This document shows, piece after piece, positions 17,922 through 27,797 of a DNA stretch of 64,000 bases (position 1 is its first letter; each line of letters starts with the position of its first letter). Location of the stretch: positions 8,711-72,710 of the forward strand of contig DASZSK010000263.1 in NCBI GenBank assembly GCA_035548735.1, given 5' to 3'. The translations under genes were made by a program, and so were the position numbers. Below the pieces are notes generated by a model that saw only the letters and a list, made by a program, of their open reading frames with translations, was not told where the DNA came from and did no database searches. Source of the DNA: Caulobacterales bacterium (GTDB lineage Bacteria; Pseudomonadota; Alphaproteobacteria; Caulobacterales; Aquidulcibacteraceae).

Positions 17922-18902
17922 TCAGCCGACCATCGCGCGCCGCTCTTGCTGCGCCGGCGCCCAGCGGCCGCCGACGCCGCCAGCGGCTTCCGGCTTAATC
18001 ATGTCGCGGAGCATCGTCTCCACCACGCGTGCGACCGCGTCGACGCGGCGGCGCGGATTGACGCCCGTGCCGATCACCAGCTTGCGCGTGAACGAAGGCT
18101 CGACGATGCGCGATGCGCGCAACAGCTTGGCCTGGATGTCGGCGCCGATCGACATGCCGGAGGCGGCGCCGACGCCGAGCGGCGTCACCAGATAACCAGC
18201 ACCCGCGCGCAGCAGCGCGGCAGTTGACCCGGGGGCGTTGACTTCGGCGGCGATGTTGAGCGTCATGCCTTTGCTCGCGGCGATGCTCTCCATGGCGCGG
18301 CGGCAGGCGCTTGGCGATGACGGCATCAGCAGCGGCAGGCCCGCCAGTTGCGAGAAAGGGATGCTTTCGTTGGCGGTGGCCGGAGAATCCGGCAGACCGA
18401 TCAGGTAGGTGTCCAATTCGCAGACGGCGCGATCTTCACGCGCCACCGTGGTGCCGCTGCGCAGAAAGACGGCGACGTCCGTGCGCCCTTCCTGCAGTTC
18501 GGTTTCGATGTCGCTGCTATAGCCTTCCCAAACGCTGAGGCGGATGTTCGGGTAGCTTTGCTTGAGCTTGGTGAAAAGCGGGCCGATCAGGTTCGGGGCC
18601 ACGTGCGGCGTCAGCGTGATTTTCACTTCGCCGGCGACTTCGCTTTTCAATTGTGCGCCGGAGCCGGCGATGTCGTTGGCGGCGGCCAGGATGAGTTCGA
18701 TCTGCGGCAGCACGCGTTCGCCCAGCTCGGTCAGCAGCACGCCGCGGCCATTGCGGTAGAAGATGCGCCCGCCGCATTCCCGTTCGAGTGCAGCCAGCTG
18801 CCGGCTGACGACCGACTGCGCCCGGTTGAGCCGCATCGCCGTCTTGCTGAGGCTGCCCGTCTCAAGAATCTGCTTCACGAGCGTTAGCTGGGCCAGTTCC
18901 AT
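17922..18902 (-). CDS. LysR-family transcriptional regulator
   Basis: MELAQLTLVKQILETGSLSKTAMRLNRAQSVVSRQLAALE is an HTH of LTTR type. The ATG at 18902 sits 8 nt behind GGGAGG. The track start at 18908 adds 2 aa. Confidence 0.85.
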   Translation of the reverse strand: MELAQLTLVKQILETGSLSKTAMRLNRAQSVVSRQLAALERECGGRIFYRNGRGVLLTELGERVLPQIELILAAANDIAGSGAQLKSEVAGEVKITLTPHVAPNLIGPLFTKLKQSYPNIRLSVWEGYSSDIETELQEGRTDVAVFLRSGTTVAREDRAVCELDTYLIGLPDSPATANESIPFSQLAGLPLLMPSSPSACRRAMESIAASKGMTLNIAAEVNAPGSTAALLRAGAGYLVTPLGVGAASGMSIGADIQAKLLRASRIVEPSFTRKLVIGTGVNPRRRVDAVARVVETMLRDMIKPEAAGGVGGRWAPAQQERRAMVG

Positions 18903-18934
18903 GGCCATACCTCCCGATCATATGTCTTATGCTT

Positions 18935-18946
18935 GTTACCGATAAC
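18935..18946. promoter_or_regulatory. GTTACCGATAAC, a second GntR-type operator-like site (10/12 palindromic)
   Basis: Lies in the LysR / SDR divergent intergenic region. A GTTACCG half-site is also present at 19080..19086. Confidence 0.45.
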
Positions 18947-19162
18947 TTTGCACCAAGAGTCTCGATTAGAAAAGCCTCTTATGCTGCGATCCGGTGATTA
19001 GCGCATAGTCCTTGAACTTAGTGATATTTTCGCGACATCCGCGCCTATAAAGGACCCGCTTTCCGCGCGCGGAATGCGTGTTACCGCGATCCGAGTTGCG
19101 TTGCGCGCCGTCGGGCGGAGGGATAGAAGGGGCCGGGCTCAGCCCGGAAAATGAGGCCAAGA

Positions 19163-19915
19163 ATGAACAGCCTAGAGGGGCGCATAGCGGTCGTGACCGG
19201 CGCGGCGCGGGGCATTGGACGGGCCATCGCCGAGGGTCTCGCCGCCGAAGGTGCGGCGGTCGTCGTCACCGACCGCGACGAGGGCGCGTTGACCGAGGTC
19301 GGTCAGGTGATCGGCGCGATCGGCGGTCGCGTGGCGGCGTACGGATTGGATGTGACGAATGCGCAAGCTTGCGCCGATCTGGCGAAGACGGTGTCCAACC
19401 GGTTCGGTGCGGCGTCGATCCTCGTCAACAATGCGGGGATCATTTTTCCTGGGCGTATCGACGACGCGAACGCGCCGACAAATTGGGCGCGGACGATCGA
19501 TGTGAACATCAATGGCGCATTCAACATGGCGCGCGCCTTCCATGCGCAGCTCAAGGCGACCAAGGGCGCGGTGATCAATCTCGCCTCGATCCGATCGTTC
19601 GTGGCGGCGGGCAACGCCGCGGCCTATGCGACGTCGAAGGGCGCAATCATGCAGTTCACGCGCGCGCTTGCCGTGGAGTGGGGCGGCGACGGCATTCGCG
19701 TCAACGCCATCGCGCCGGGCTTCATCGAAACGGCGCTGGTGCCGGACGCCGAGAAGACGCCCGCGCGCGAAGCGGCGATCATGGCGCGCACGCCGCTGAA
19801 GCGGATCGGCGAACCCAAGGATATCGCCGGCGCAGCCGTGTTTTTGGCCTCCGACGCGGCGGCCTTCGTCACGGGCGCCATCCTGCCCGTCGATGGCGGC
19901 TACCTGGCGGGTTAG
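19163..19915 (+). CDS. SDR family oxidoreductase
   Basis: MNSLEGRIAVVTGAARGIGRAIA, NNAG, YATSK. The ATG at 19163 follows GAGG. The track start at 19151 lacks an RBS. Confidence 0.85.
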   Translation: MNSLEGRIAVVTGAARGIGRAIAEGLAAEGAAVVVTDRDEGALTEVGQVIGAIGGRVAAYGLDVTNAQACADLAKTVSNRFGAASILVNNAGIIFPGRIDDANAPTNWARTIDVNINGAFNMARAFHAQLKATKGAVINLASIRSFVAAGNAAAYATSKGAIMQFTRALAVEWGGDGIRVNAIAPGFIETALVPDAEKTPAREAAIMARTPLKRIGEPKDIAGAAVFLASDAAAFVTGAILPVDGGYLAG

Positions 19916-21522
19916 CCTCGCAGCGCGAGGATTTGCGCGTCGTATTCCCCGGGATCGATGACGACGTCGATCAGCGTGGCGCGGTTGCTCGCGGCGGCGC
20001 TGGCGAAGGCGCCGGCGAGGTCGGCGCTGTTGGTGACGCGATGCGCGTCCCAGCCGAACCCGCGCGCCATTTGCGCGAAATCCGTGTCGTAGAAATCGAC
20101 GCCGGCCGGCGCGAGCTGGCGGCGGCGCTGCTTTGCACCGATCAGCGTCAGCGATGAATCGTTAAACACGACGACGATGGGCGCGACGCCTTCCTGTTGC
20201 GCGGTGCCAAGTTCGCCCAGACACATCATCAAGCCGCCATCGCCGGTGAAGGCGACGGTCCGGCGCTTCGGATCGACCAGGCACGACGCGACCGCAGCTG
20301 GAACGGCGAAGCCCATGGTCGAAAGCCCGCGCGAGATCAGGGATTGACGCGGTTCCGCTGACTTCCAGAGGTGCAGCACGGGCAGCATGTGCGCGCCAGC
20401 GTCGATGGTGATGCGGCAATCGGCGGGAAGCGCCGCGGCGGCGGCGTCGATGATCTGTTGCGGCGAGACGCCCGTTTTGCTCATTGGCACGCGCGCCGCG
20501 GTCTGGATGGCATGCTTCATGTCCGCGAGCAGCTCGGCAGTCCACTGCATCCTCGGCGCCGACGCGTCGACCACCGCGAGCGAAGCGGCGATGTCTCCGA
20601 CGATCGACGTGGTCGCCGTGTAGAGCGGAAACTCAAACGCGTGCTGGGTCAGTTCGATGCTCGGGATCGCGTCGTATTTCCAGCGCTGCGGCGGGCCTTC
20701 GACCGGATCGTTCCCATAGAGCAGCAGCAGATCGGCGGAGCGCACCGCGCTCTCCTCGGCCACGCCGCCCATATAATGGCCAAGCAGGCGGGGTTCGTGA
20801 TCCGAGACCACGCCTTTCGCCTTGTACGTCGTCAGAACCGGCCAATGACGCTTCGCGACGAAAGCGCGGAGCGCCGCGGCGGCGGCGGGTTCGCGCGCCT
20901 GCAATCCCGCAATGATCATCGGTCGTTTTGCCTGCGCCAGCAATTCTTTGGCGCGCGCAAAGGCGGCCGCGTCCGGCGACGGCGGCTGTGGCGCCTGTGG
21001 ACGCGGCGCGGTCGGCGGCGCGGGCTTGCGGATGTGAGAGCCAGCGACTTCGAGATAGACGGGCCCCGGCGGCTGCGCTTGCGCGCGTTCCAGCAACGCT
21101 TCGACTTCCGCAAGCGGATCGGCGCCGCGCAACAGCGACGAGGCTTTCGTGACCGGCGCGAGCATGGCCGCCTGATCGATGCGCTGGTGGCTGATGAAGT
21201 TCTGATCGTCTTCATAGCCGTCGGCGATCAGCAGCATCGCCGCGCGGTCGAGATAAGAATAGCACGCGCCATTGGCGGCGGCGGCGAGGCCGGGACCGCG
21301 CGTCGTCATCGCCACGCCCGGCGCGCCTGTCAGTTCTGACGCGACGCAGGCCATGATCGACGCGGCGGTTTCGTTGCGCGTGAGCACGAACTTTACGCCG
21401 AGCTTGTCGGCGGCGGCGATGAAGTCGAGATTGCACTCACCGCCCGGCACGCCGAAAATGTGGGTGACGCCCGCCGCCGCCAGGCGCGCGACGATCGCTT
21501 CCGTGACGGTCTGCGCGGCCAT
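19912..21522 (-). CDS. Thiamine diphosphate-dependent enzyme (acetolactate synthase large subunit-like)
   Basis: 536 aa. N-terminal THIFGVPGG...TRNETAASIMA...TRGPG, and C-terminal ThDP motif GDGGLMM...NDSS. Confidence 0.85.
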   Translation of the reverse strand: MAAQTVTEAIVARLAAAGVTHIFGVPGGECNLDFIAAADKLGVKFVLTRNETAASIMACVASELTGAPGVAMTTRGPGLAAAANGACYSYLDRAAMLLIADGYEDDQNFISHQRIDQAAMLAPVTKASSLLRGADPLAEVEALLERAQAQPPGPVYLEVAGSHIRKPAPPTAPRPQAPQPPSPDAAAFARAKELLAQAKRPMIIAGLQAREPAAAAALRAFVAKRHWPVLTTYKAKGVVSDHEPRLLGHYMGGVAEESAVRSADLLLLYGNDPVEGPPQRWKYDAIPSIELTQHAFEFPLYTATTSIVGDIAASLAVVDASAPRMQWTAELLADMKHAIQTAARVPMSKTGVSPQQIIDAAAAALPADCRITIDAGAHMLPVLHLWKSAEPRQSLISRGLSTMGFAVPAAVASCLVDPKRRTVAFTGDGGLMMCLGELGTAQQEGVAPIVVVFNDSSLTLIGAKQRRRQLAPAGVDFYDTDFAQMARGFGWDAHRVTNSADLAGAFASAAASNRATLIDVVIDPGEYDAQILALRG

Positions 21523-21525
21523 CCC

Positions 21526-22464
21526 CTAGACCGGCTGTTCGAGTGTCGGCGCGTAGTCTTCGATCGTCACGCGGCGCATATCGCGCGGATATTTCTTGTC
21601 ATCGAAGCGCGTGCCGCGGTGCATGGTGCAGCGATTGTCCCAGATCACCAGATCGTTGACCGCCCAGTGATGGCTGTAGACGAACGGACGTTGCGTGGCG
21701 AACTCGATCAGGTAGCGCAGCAGCGCCAAGCCTTCGGGCGTCGGCATGCCTTGGATGCGTCCGGCGTGCGCAGAGAGATACACGGCGAGACGGTTCGAGC
21801 CCGGCACGCGGCGAACGAGGCGTTGGGGCACGGGCGTGCAGCGCTCCTGCTCGGCGGGGCTGAACGCATCGAAGCCCAATTGCGCGCGCGAGAAGATGAG
21901 GGAATGGTCGCAGACCATGTCCCTGATTTCTTCCTTCACGCTCTCCGGCAGATGGTCCCAAGCGACGCGCGTGTCGACGAATTCGGTCTCGCCGCCCAAG
22001 GGCGGGATCGTGCGCGCATGCAGCATCGAATAGAGCGCCGGCGTCGGCTTGAAGCTCGAGTCGCTGTGCCAGAGCAGGTTGCCGAGATTGTACATGCGCC
22101 GGCGATCGTCCTTGCCCCAGATTTCACCGTCCGGACCCAGATTGGAGATGTCGTTGATCTTCATGTTGGCGAGGCGGCGACGCTCTTGGTCGACCAAGGT
22201 CGGCGTATCCTCGATATGGCCGAATTGTTCGGCGAAGCGCACTTGATCCTCATCGCTCAGCTGTTGATCGGGGATCACCAGGACGGCGTAGCGATCCATC
22301 GCCGCCCGGAACGCGTCGATCTGCTCCGGCGTGAACGGCTTGCGCAGATCGAGCCCTTCGATGCGCGCGCCAAAATAAAGGTTGAGCGGCGTCGGCTCCC
22401 TGCCGCCCAAAGCATCCGGCGCCGGCGCCTTCTGCATCAGACGGCCGCTCGCGCTTGCACTCAT
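21526..22464 (-). CDS. TauD/TfdA family Fe(II)/2-oxoglutarate-dependent dioxygenase
   Basis: WHSDSSF (HxD facial triad region) and DNRCTMHRGT motifs. Start placed at the ATG at 22464, behind AGGAG. The track start at 22539 is probably an extension. Confidence 0.8.
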   Translation of the reverse strand: MSASASGRLMQKAPAPDALGGREPTPLNLYFGARIEGLDLRKPFTPEQIDAFRAAMDRYAVLVIPDQQLSDEDQVRFAEQFGHIEDTPTLVDQERRRLANMKINDISNLGPDGEIWGKDDRRRMYNLGNLLWHSDSSFKPTPALYSMLHARTIPPLGGETEFVDTRVAWDHLPESVKEEIRDMVCDHSLIFSRAQLGFDAFSPAEQERCTPVPQRLVRRVPGSNRLAVYLSAHAGRIQGMPTPEGLALLRYLIEFATQRPFVYSHHWAVNDLVIWDNRCTMHRGTRFDDKKYPRDMRRVTIEDYAPTLEQPV

Positions 22465-22713
22465 TGCTCGATCTCCTGTCGAGGCTGGCGCCTGGGTCGC
22501 GGAAACATGCGCGACGCTTCGTGAGGGCGTAAGCCTCATATCGTGTTACCGAGTGTATTTTGAAGCTGAAGCGAGAGGCAAGACGTTTCCTCGGCGCGCA
22601 TCCGCGTTATCACGTCACGCATCCGCGAAATGCATATATGATATTGATTAGAGGTATATTCCGTGCGTCTAGCGGACGGCAGCGTCGTGCTTCGACCGAA
22701 ACTCTGTTTTGCT

Positions 22714-22725
22714 GTTACCGGTATA
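22714..22725. promoter_or_regulatory. GTTACCGGTATA, a third GntR-type operator-like site (10/12 to the 13926 palindrome)
   Basis: Lies in the tauD-like / monooxygenase divergent intergenic region. A further GTTACCG half-site is at 22545..22551. Confidence 0.35.
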
Positions 22726-22784
22726 ATCGCGCGTGGTTATACAACATCGAAAAGTGTTAGTGTGCGGCGGCGCTCTCGCCTGAA

Positions 22785-24623
22785 ATGGTTGTGGCTGACG
22801 TGACCGATCCTTCTCCAACGCAGCAGCTTCACGACTGGCTTGCGGCCTTCGAGCACGCGCTCAGGGATCGCGATGCGCCCGCCGTGGCGGCGCTGTTCGC
22901 GGGGAGGGAGTGCTTCTGGCGCGACTTCGTCGCCTTCACTTGGAATATCGCCACCATGGATGGCCGAGAGGCGATCCGCGCCATGCTCGCGGCGCAGCTC
23001 GATGTGGTGCTGCCCGTACGCATCAAGCCCGAGGGCGACGCGACCGTGGTCGACGGCGTCGTGCAGGGCTGGTTCGATTTCGAGACGGCTTCCGCCCGCG
23101 GCAAGGGCCATGTGCGTTTGAAGGACGGCGAAGCGTGGACGGTGATGACCGCCATGCTCGAACTGAAAGGCCATGAAGAGCCTGCCGGACGTCGCCGGCC
23201 TGACGGTGTCGAACATCGCGCCGTGAAGGACCGCGTGACGTGGTCGGACGAGCGCGCGGAGACGCGCGCCACACTCGGCTTCGAGGTGCAGCCCTATTGC
23301 CTGATCATTGGCGGCGGGCAGGGCGGCCTGGCGCTCGGTGCGCGGCTCAAGCGGCTCGGCGTGCCGACCTTGATCGTCGATGCGCTGGAGAAGCCGGGCG
23401 ACGCCTGGCGGCAGCGCTACAAGTCGCTCTACCTGCACGACCCGGTGTGGATCGACCATCTGCCCTATCTGCCGTTCCCGGATCATTGGCCGGTCTATAC
23501 GCACAAAGACAAGATGGGCGATTGGCTCGAAGCCTATTGCAGCATCATGGAACTGGACTTCTGGGGCTCTTCGGTTTGCCGCAGCGCACGGTACGACGAG
23601 AAGACCGAGAGCTGGGAAGTCGTGATCGAGCGGGCGGACGGCGCGGTCGTGCTGCGCCCCAAACAACTTGTCATCGCCACGGGCCTCTCGGGGGCGCCGC
23701 GCATGCCGGAGTTTCGGGGCGCGGAGGCGTTCGAAGGCGTGCTGTGTCACTCCTCGGACTATGAGAATGCCGAAGCATTCCGCGGCAAACGGGTCGCCGT
23801 CATCGGCTCGAACAGCTCAGCGCACGATATCTGCGTCGATCTTTGGGGCGTGGACGCTGACGTCACTATGATCCAGCGTAGCCTCACCTGCGTGGTGAAG
23901 GCGACGGCGCTCTTGCACATCGCCAAGCGCGGTCCGTTTTCGGAGGACGCGGTCGCGCGCGGCGTTACAACGGAGCGCGCCGATCTGATGGTCGGTTCGA
24001 TGCCGTTCCGCTTCCGGGAGAAGGTCGATCGCGCCAATTGCGAACTGGTGCAGCGGGAAGATGCGGAGTTTTACGAGCGCCTGCGCGCCAGCGGCTTCCT
24101 GCTGCATTTCGGCGAAGACAACACGGCCATTGGCGGCATGTATATGCGCCGCGCCTCTGGCTATTATATCGATGTGGGCGGTTCGGACCTGATCATCGAT
24201 GGCGGGATCAAGGTGAAGAGCGGCGTCGGGGTCGCCGAGATCAAGCCGCACTCGATCGTCCTGACCGATGGAAGCGAATTGCCGGTCGACGCCATCATCT
24301 GCGCCACGGGCTATGAGCCGATGGAAAGCTGGATCGAGCGGCTGATCTCGAAGGACATGGCCGAGCGCGTTGGTCGTCTCTGGGGCTTGGGCTCCGACAC
24401 CGCGCTCGATCCCGGCCCATGGGAAGGCGAGCTTCGCAATATGTGGAAGCCGACGGCGCAAGAGGGACTCTGGTTCCAGGGCGGCAATCTGGCGCAATCG
24501 CGCTTTCATTCGCTGCATCTGGCGCTGCAATTGAAGGCGCGGATGGAAGGTGTTGCGACACCTGTGCATCAACCGCGTTCGTTTCAGCGTCCGGCGTTGC
24601 AGGCGAACGCAAGCGCCGGTTAA
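22785..24623 (+). CDS. Flavin-containing (class B-like) monooxygenase with N-terminal NTF2/SnoaL-like domain
   Basis: 612 aa. About 170 aa of NTF2-like N-terminus, then FAD motif IIGGGQGGLALG, and a second dinucleotide motif VAVIGSNSSAHD. Confidence 0.75.
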   Translation: MVVADVTDPSPTQQLHDWLAAFEHALRDRDAPAVAALFAGRECFWRDFVAFTWNIATMDGREAIRAMLAAQLDVVLPVRIKPEGDATVVDGVVQGWFDFETASARGKGHVRLKDGEAWTVMTAMLELKGHEEPAGRRRPDGVEHRAVKDRVTWSDERAETRATLGFEVQPYCLIIGGGQGGLALGARLKRLGVPTLIVDALEKPGDAWRQRYKSLYLHDPVWIDHLPYLPFPDHWPVYTHKDKMGDWLEAYCSIMELDFWGSSVCRSARYDEKTESWEVVIERADGAVVLRPKQLVIATGLSGAPRMPEFRGAEAFEGVLCHSSDYENAEAFRGKRVAVIGSNSSAHDICVDLWGVDADVTMIQRSLTCVVKATALLHIAKRGPFSEDAVARGVTTERADLMVGSMPFRFREKVDRANCELVQREDAEFYERLRASGFLLHFGEDNTAIGGMYMRRASGYYIDVGGSDLIIDGGIKVKSGVGVAEIKPHSIVLTDGSELPVDAIICATGYEPMESWIERLISKDMAERVGRLWGLGSDTALDPGPWEGELRNMWKPTAQEGLWFQGGNLAQSRFHSLHLALQLKARMEGVATPVHQPRSFQRPALQANASAG

Positions 24624-24631
24624 CAACGCGC

Positions 24632-26104
24632 GTGACCTGCCCAGACAACTCGACCATCGCGCCTGCCGCCAACTGGTTCGAACGCTTGCGCACGACGCCG
24701 AACTATCGGTTGACCGCGTTGATCGTGGCGTCCGCCATGTTCATGGAGCAGGTGGACGCCACGGTGCTGGCGACCGCGCTGCCGACCATGGCGCGCGATT
24801 ATCACGCGCCGGTCGTCAACCTGAGTTCGGCGATCACGGCGTATCTGCTGGCGCTGGCCATCTTCATTCCAGTGAGCGGACGTTTGGTCGATCGCCTCGG
24901 CGCGCGCACCGTGTTTCGCGGCGCGGTGCTCATTTTCATGGGCAGTTCGGTATTGTGCGCGTTCGCGCCGACGATCGGATGGCTGACGGCCGCGCGGTTC
25001 CTGCAAGGGATGGGCGGCGCCATTATGGTGCCGGTCGGACGCCTGGTGCTGTTGCGCGTGGCGCCGAAAGACCAGCTCGTCACCGCGACGGCGTGGCTTA
25101 TCACGCCGGTGCTGATCGGGCCGATCATCGGCCCGCCGCTTGGCGGGTTGATCGTCACGCATCTCGACTGGCGTTGGATCTTCTACCTCAACCTGCCGAT
25201 GGGCGCGCTCGGCGTCACGCTGATCTCGCTCTTCATCGACAATGGCCGTAGCGGCGAACGCCATCCGCTAGACTTCATTGGCTTTTTGCTGTCGGCCGTC
25301 TCGCTTGGATGCTTGTTGTTCGGATTCGAGAGCGTGAGCCGCGCCGGCGAAGGATTGAAGGCAGGGCTCTTGATCAGCGCCGGCTTGGCAATAGCGCTGT
25401 TCTATGTCGCGCATGCCCGACGTGTGACGCATCCGGTGTTGGATCTCACTCTATTGCGCGATCAATCCTTTCGCCTGTCGATGATGGCTGGTTCGCTGAC
25501 GCGGATCACGCAGGGGGCGCAGACGTTCCTGACGCCGCTGCTGTTCCAGGTGGGTCTTGGCATGAACGCCGCGGCGAGCGGCGCGCTTATTCTCTCGATC
25601 GCCGTGGGCGCGATGCTGGCGAAGACAATCACGACGCAAACGCTTCGGCGTTTCGGCTTCCGCAACAGCATGATCGTCAATGGACTGGCTACGAGCGCTC
25701 TTTACGCCACGTGCGGACTGTTTCGGGCCGATTGGCCAACGCCCGTGATCATCATCGTGCTGGGTTTATCGGGCTTCTTCATGTCGATGCAATTCTCCGC
25801 GTACAATTCGATCGCGTTCGAGACGATCGAGCCGCAGCGCCTGAGCACGGCGTCGAGCTTCTACTTCACGTTCCAACAGGTGTTGCTTTCGCTCGGCGTG
25901 TGCATGGGCGCAATCGCGTTGCATGGCGGCATGATTGTGGGGCGGCACGCTGAACCGCGGCCGCTGGATTTCACCGTCGCGTTCGCCATCGTCTGCGGCA
26001 TCACCGTGACCGCGGTGTTCGTGCACCGGGCTTTCCCCGCCAACGCAGGCGCCGCCTTGACGCGCCCGCGCGTCGCGCCGGAACGCGGAGCGACCGCTCA
26101 GTAG
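24632..26104 (+). CDS. MFS transporter, DHA2 (EmrB/QacA-like, 14-TM) family
   Basis: Contains FMEQVDATVLATALPTMARD and GRLVDRLGAR motifs. There is no in-frame ATG downstream of the upstream stop before the first TM. A GTG at 24632, 8 nt after the monooxygenase stop, is proposed as the start, so the start is uncertain. Confidence 0.75.
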   Translation: MTCPDNSTIAPAANWFERLRTTPNYRLTALIVASAMFMEQVDATVLATALPTMARDYHAPVVNLSSAITAYLLALAIFIPVSGRLVDRLGARTVFRGAVLIFMGSSVLCAFAPTIGWLTAARFLQGMGGAIMVPVGRLVLLRVAPKDQLVTATAWLITPVLIGPIIGPPLGGLIVTHLDWRWIFYLNLPMGALGVTLISLFIDNGRSGERHPLDFIGFLLSAVSLGCLLFGFESVSRAGEGLKAGLLISAGLAIALFYVAHARRVTHPVLDLTLLRDQSFRLSMMAGSLTRITQGAQTFLTPLLFQVGLGMNAAASGALILSIAVGAMLAKTITTQTLRRFGFRNSMIVNGLATSALYATCGLFRADWPTPVIIIVLGLSGFFMSMQFSAYNSIAFETIEPQRLSTASSFYFTFQQVLLSLGVCMGAIALHGGMIVGRHAEPRPLDFTVAFAIVCGITVTAVFVHRAFPANAGAALTRPRVAPERGATAQ

Positions 26105-27777
26105 GCGTCTTTGGGTCGGACGACTTTCTCGCCTGGACGCCAGGCGGGCGGCGAACTGACCTGCCTGTCCGCCATCACTTCGATGATCGTCGGCGTCTTG
26201 GCTTGCAGCGCGTCCTTCATTGCCGAGGCGATGTCGCGCGGTTGCTCGACCGCAAGGGATTTAACGCCGAAGGCCTCAGCGACCTTGGCGTAGGAGACGG
26301 GCTTGAACAGCCAATTGTGATTGGAGACGGCGTCCTCTTCCCAGATGTGCCGCTCCTGGCTGTAGCTGTTGTTGTTGTTGATCACGGTCACCGTGTTGAT
26401 CCCGTAGCGCAGCGACGTTTCCATCTCGGAGAGATGATAGAGAAGCGCGCCGTCCCCGGTGAAACAGACGACGGGGCGATCACGCTGCGCGCACTTGGCG
26501 CCGAGCGCTGCGGGATACGACCAACCGAGCGAACCAGCGCAACGCAACAAGCCTTGAGCAGGGCGATCGAGATAGATGTGGCGCGCCGCCCAGATGGCGG
26601 TATGGCCCGTGTCCACCACAACGAGCGCGCCGTCAGGAAGCGTGTCCGAAAGGGCGCGGCAGAGCCGTTCCGGCCGCATCGGCAAATGCTCGGAATGCTC
26701 GATCGCGTCGTAGGCGTCGCGCCATTCCCGGCGGAGCGCGGCGATGCGCTTGAGCCACGCGTCGCGTGGCGGCTGTTCGCGCGCGGCTTCGCGAAGCTGA
26801 TCAAGGATCGTTGCGGGATCGCCAGCGAGGCCGACGATCAGCGGATAGTTACGGCCGAGTTCGCGCGCATCGACATCGATCTGGACCGCGGGCACGCCCG
26901 GCTTTGGCACATGCCAGTCCCAGCTCACCATGCTGCCCGTGGTCGTGCCGACGAAGAGAACGAAATCCGCTTCGGATACGGCCATATTCGCCGTTTCGCG
27001 CGAATATTTGCCGACCGGACCGACAGAAAGCGGATCGCTTTCCGGCAACGCCGCCTTGGCGTCGAGCGAAGCCGCCAACGGAAGCTGGAGCGCGCGGGAA
27101 AACGCAGCGAGCGCATCCTGCGCACGGCTGGCGCGGATGCCTGAGCCGGCGACGATGATCGGGCGCTGCGCATTTGTGATCGCCCGCGCGGCGGCTTCTA
27201 TATCGTCGTGCGGCGCGGCGTGGCGCACCGGGGGCGCTGCTGCGTAGCGACGATCGACCGGCGGCGGATCGGCGAGCGCTTCATCAAGCACGCCGCCGGT
27301 GAAGCCGTTGAGTTCAAGATGCACGGGGCCCGGCGCGCCGCTGGTGGCGACGCGCATGGCTTGGCCGAGCAGATCGGGGAAACGCGTCGCGGTTTCGACT
27401 CGCGCCGTCATCTTGGAGAGACCCGCATAGATCGGGCGCTGATCGACTTCCTGATAGGTGTTGCGCTCGCGCGATTGCGGCGTGCCGCCGCCGGTGAGGG
27501 CGAGGAGGGGTGAACGCGCCATGTAGGCGTCAAGCAGTCCCGCCGCGAGATTGGCGGCGCCAATCGCTTGCGCGGCGCAGACGCCGATCTTACCCGACGC
27601 ACGGGCGTAGCCGTCGGCCATGTAAGCGGCGGCTTTCTCCGAATGTGCGACAATGGGATGGACGCCGACGCGCTGCATCGCCTTTACGGCATTCGGCAGC
27701 ACCAGCGGCATATGGAAGAAATGATCGAGGCCGCAATCGGCCATGGTTTGAGCGAGATAGTCGCTTGCTGTCCGCAT
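26098..27777 (-). CDS. Thiamine diphosphate-dependent enzyme (second paralog)
   Basis: 559 aa. Contains HSEKAAAYMADGYAR, and ThDP motif GDGALLY...NNNS. Confidence 0.85.
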   Translation of the reverse strand: MRTASDYLAQTMADCGLDHFFHMPLVLPNAVKAMQRVGVHPIVAHSEKAAAYMADGYARASGKIGVCAAQAIGAANLAAGLLDAYMARSPLLALTGGGTPQSRERNTYQEVDQRPIYAGLSKMTARVETATRFPDLLGQAMRVATSGAPGPVHLELNGFTGGVLDEALADPPPVDRRYAAAPPVRHAAPHDDIEAAARAITNAQRPIIVAGSGIRASRAQDALAAFSRALQLPLAASLDAKAALPESDPLSVGPVGKYSRETANMAVSEADFVLFVGTTTGSMVSWDWHVPKPGVPAVQIDVDARELGRNYPLIVGLAGDPATILDQLREAAREQPPRDAWLKRIAALRREWRDAYDAIEHSEHLPMRPERLCRALSDTLPDGALVVVDTGHTAIWAARHIYLDRPAQGLLRCAGSLGWSYPAALGAKCAQRDRPVVCFTGDGALLYHLSEMETSLRYGINTVTVINNNNSYSQERHIWEEDAVSNHNWLFKPVSYAKVAEAFGVKSLAVEQPRDIASAMKDALQAKTPTIIEVMADRQVSSPPAWRPGEKVVRPKDAY

Positions 27778-27797
27778 GGGCTCGCTCCGCTTGGCGA

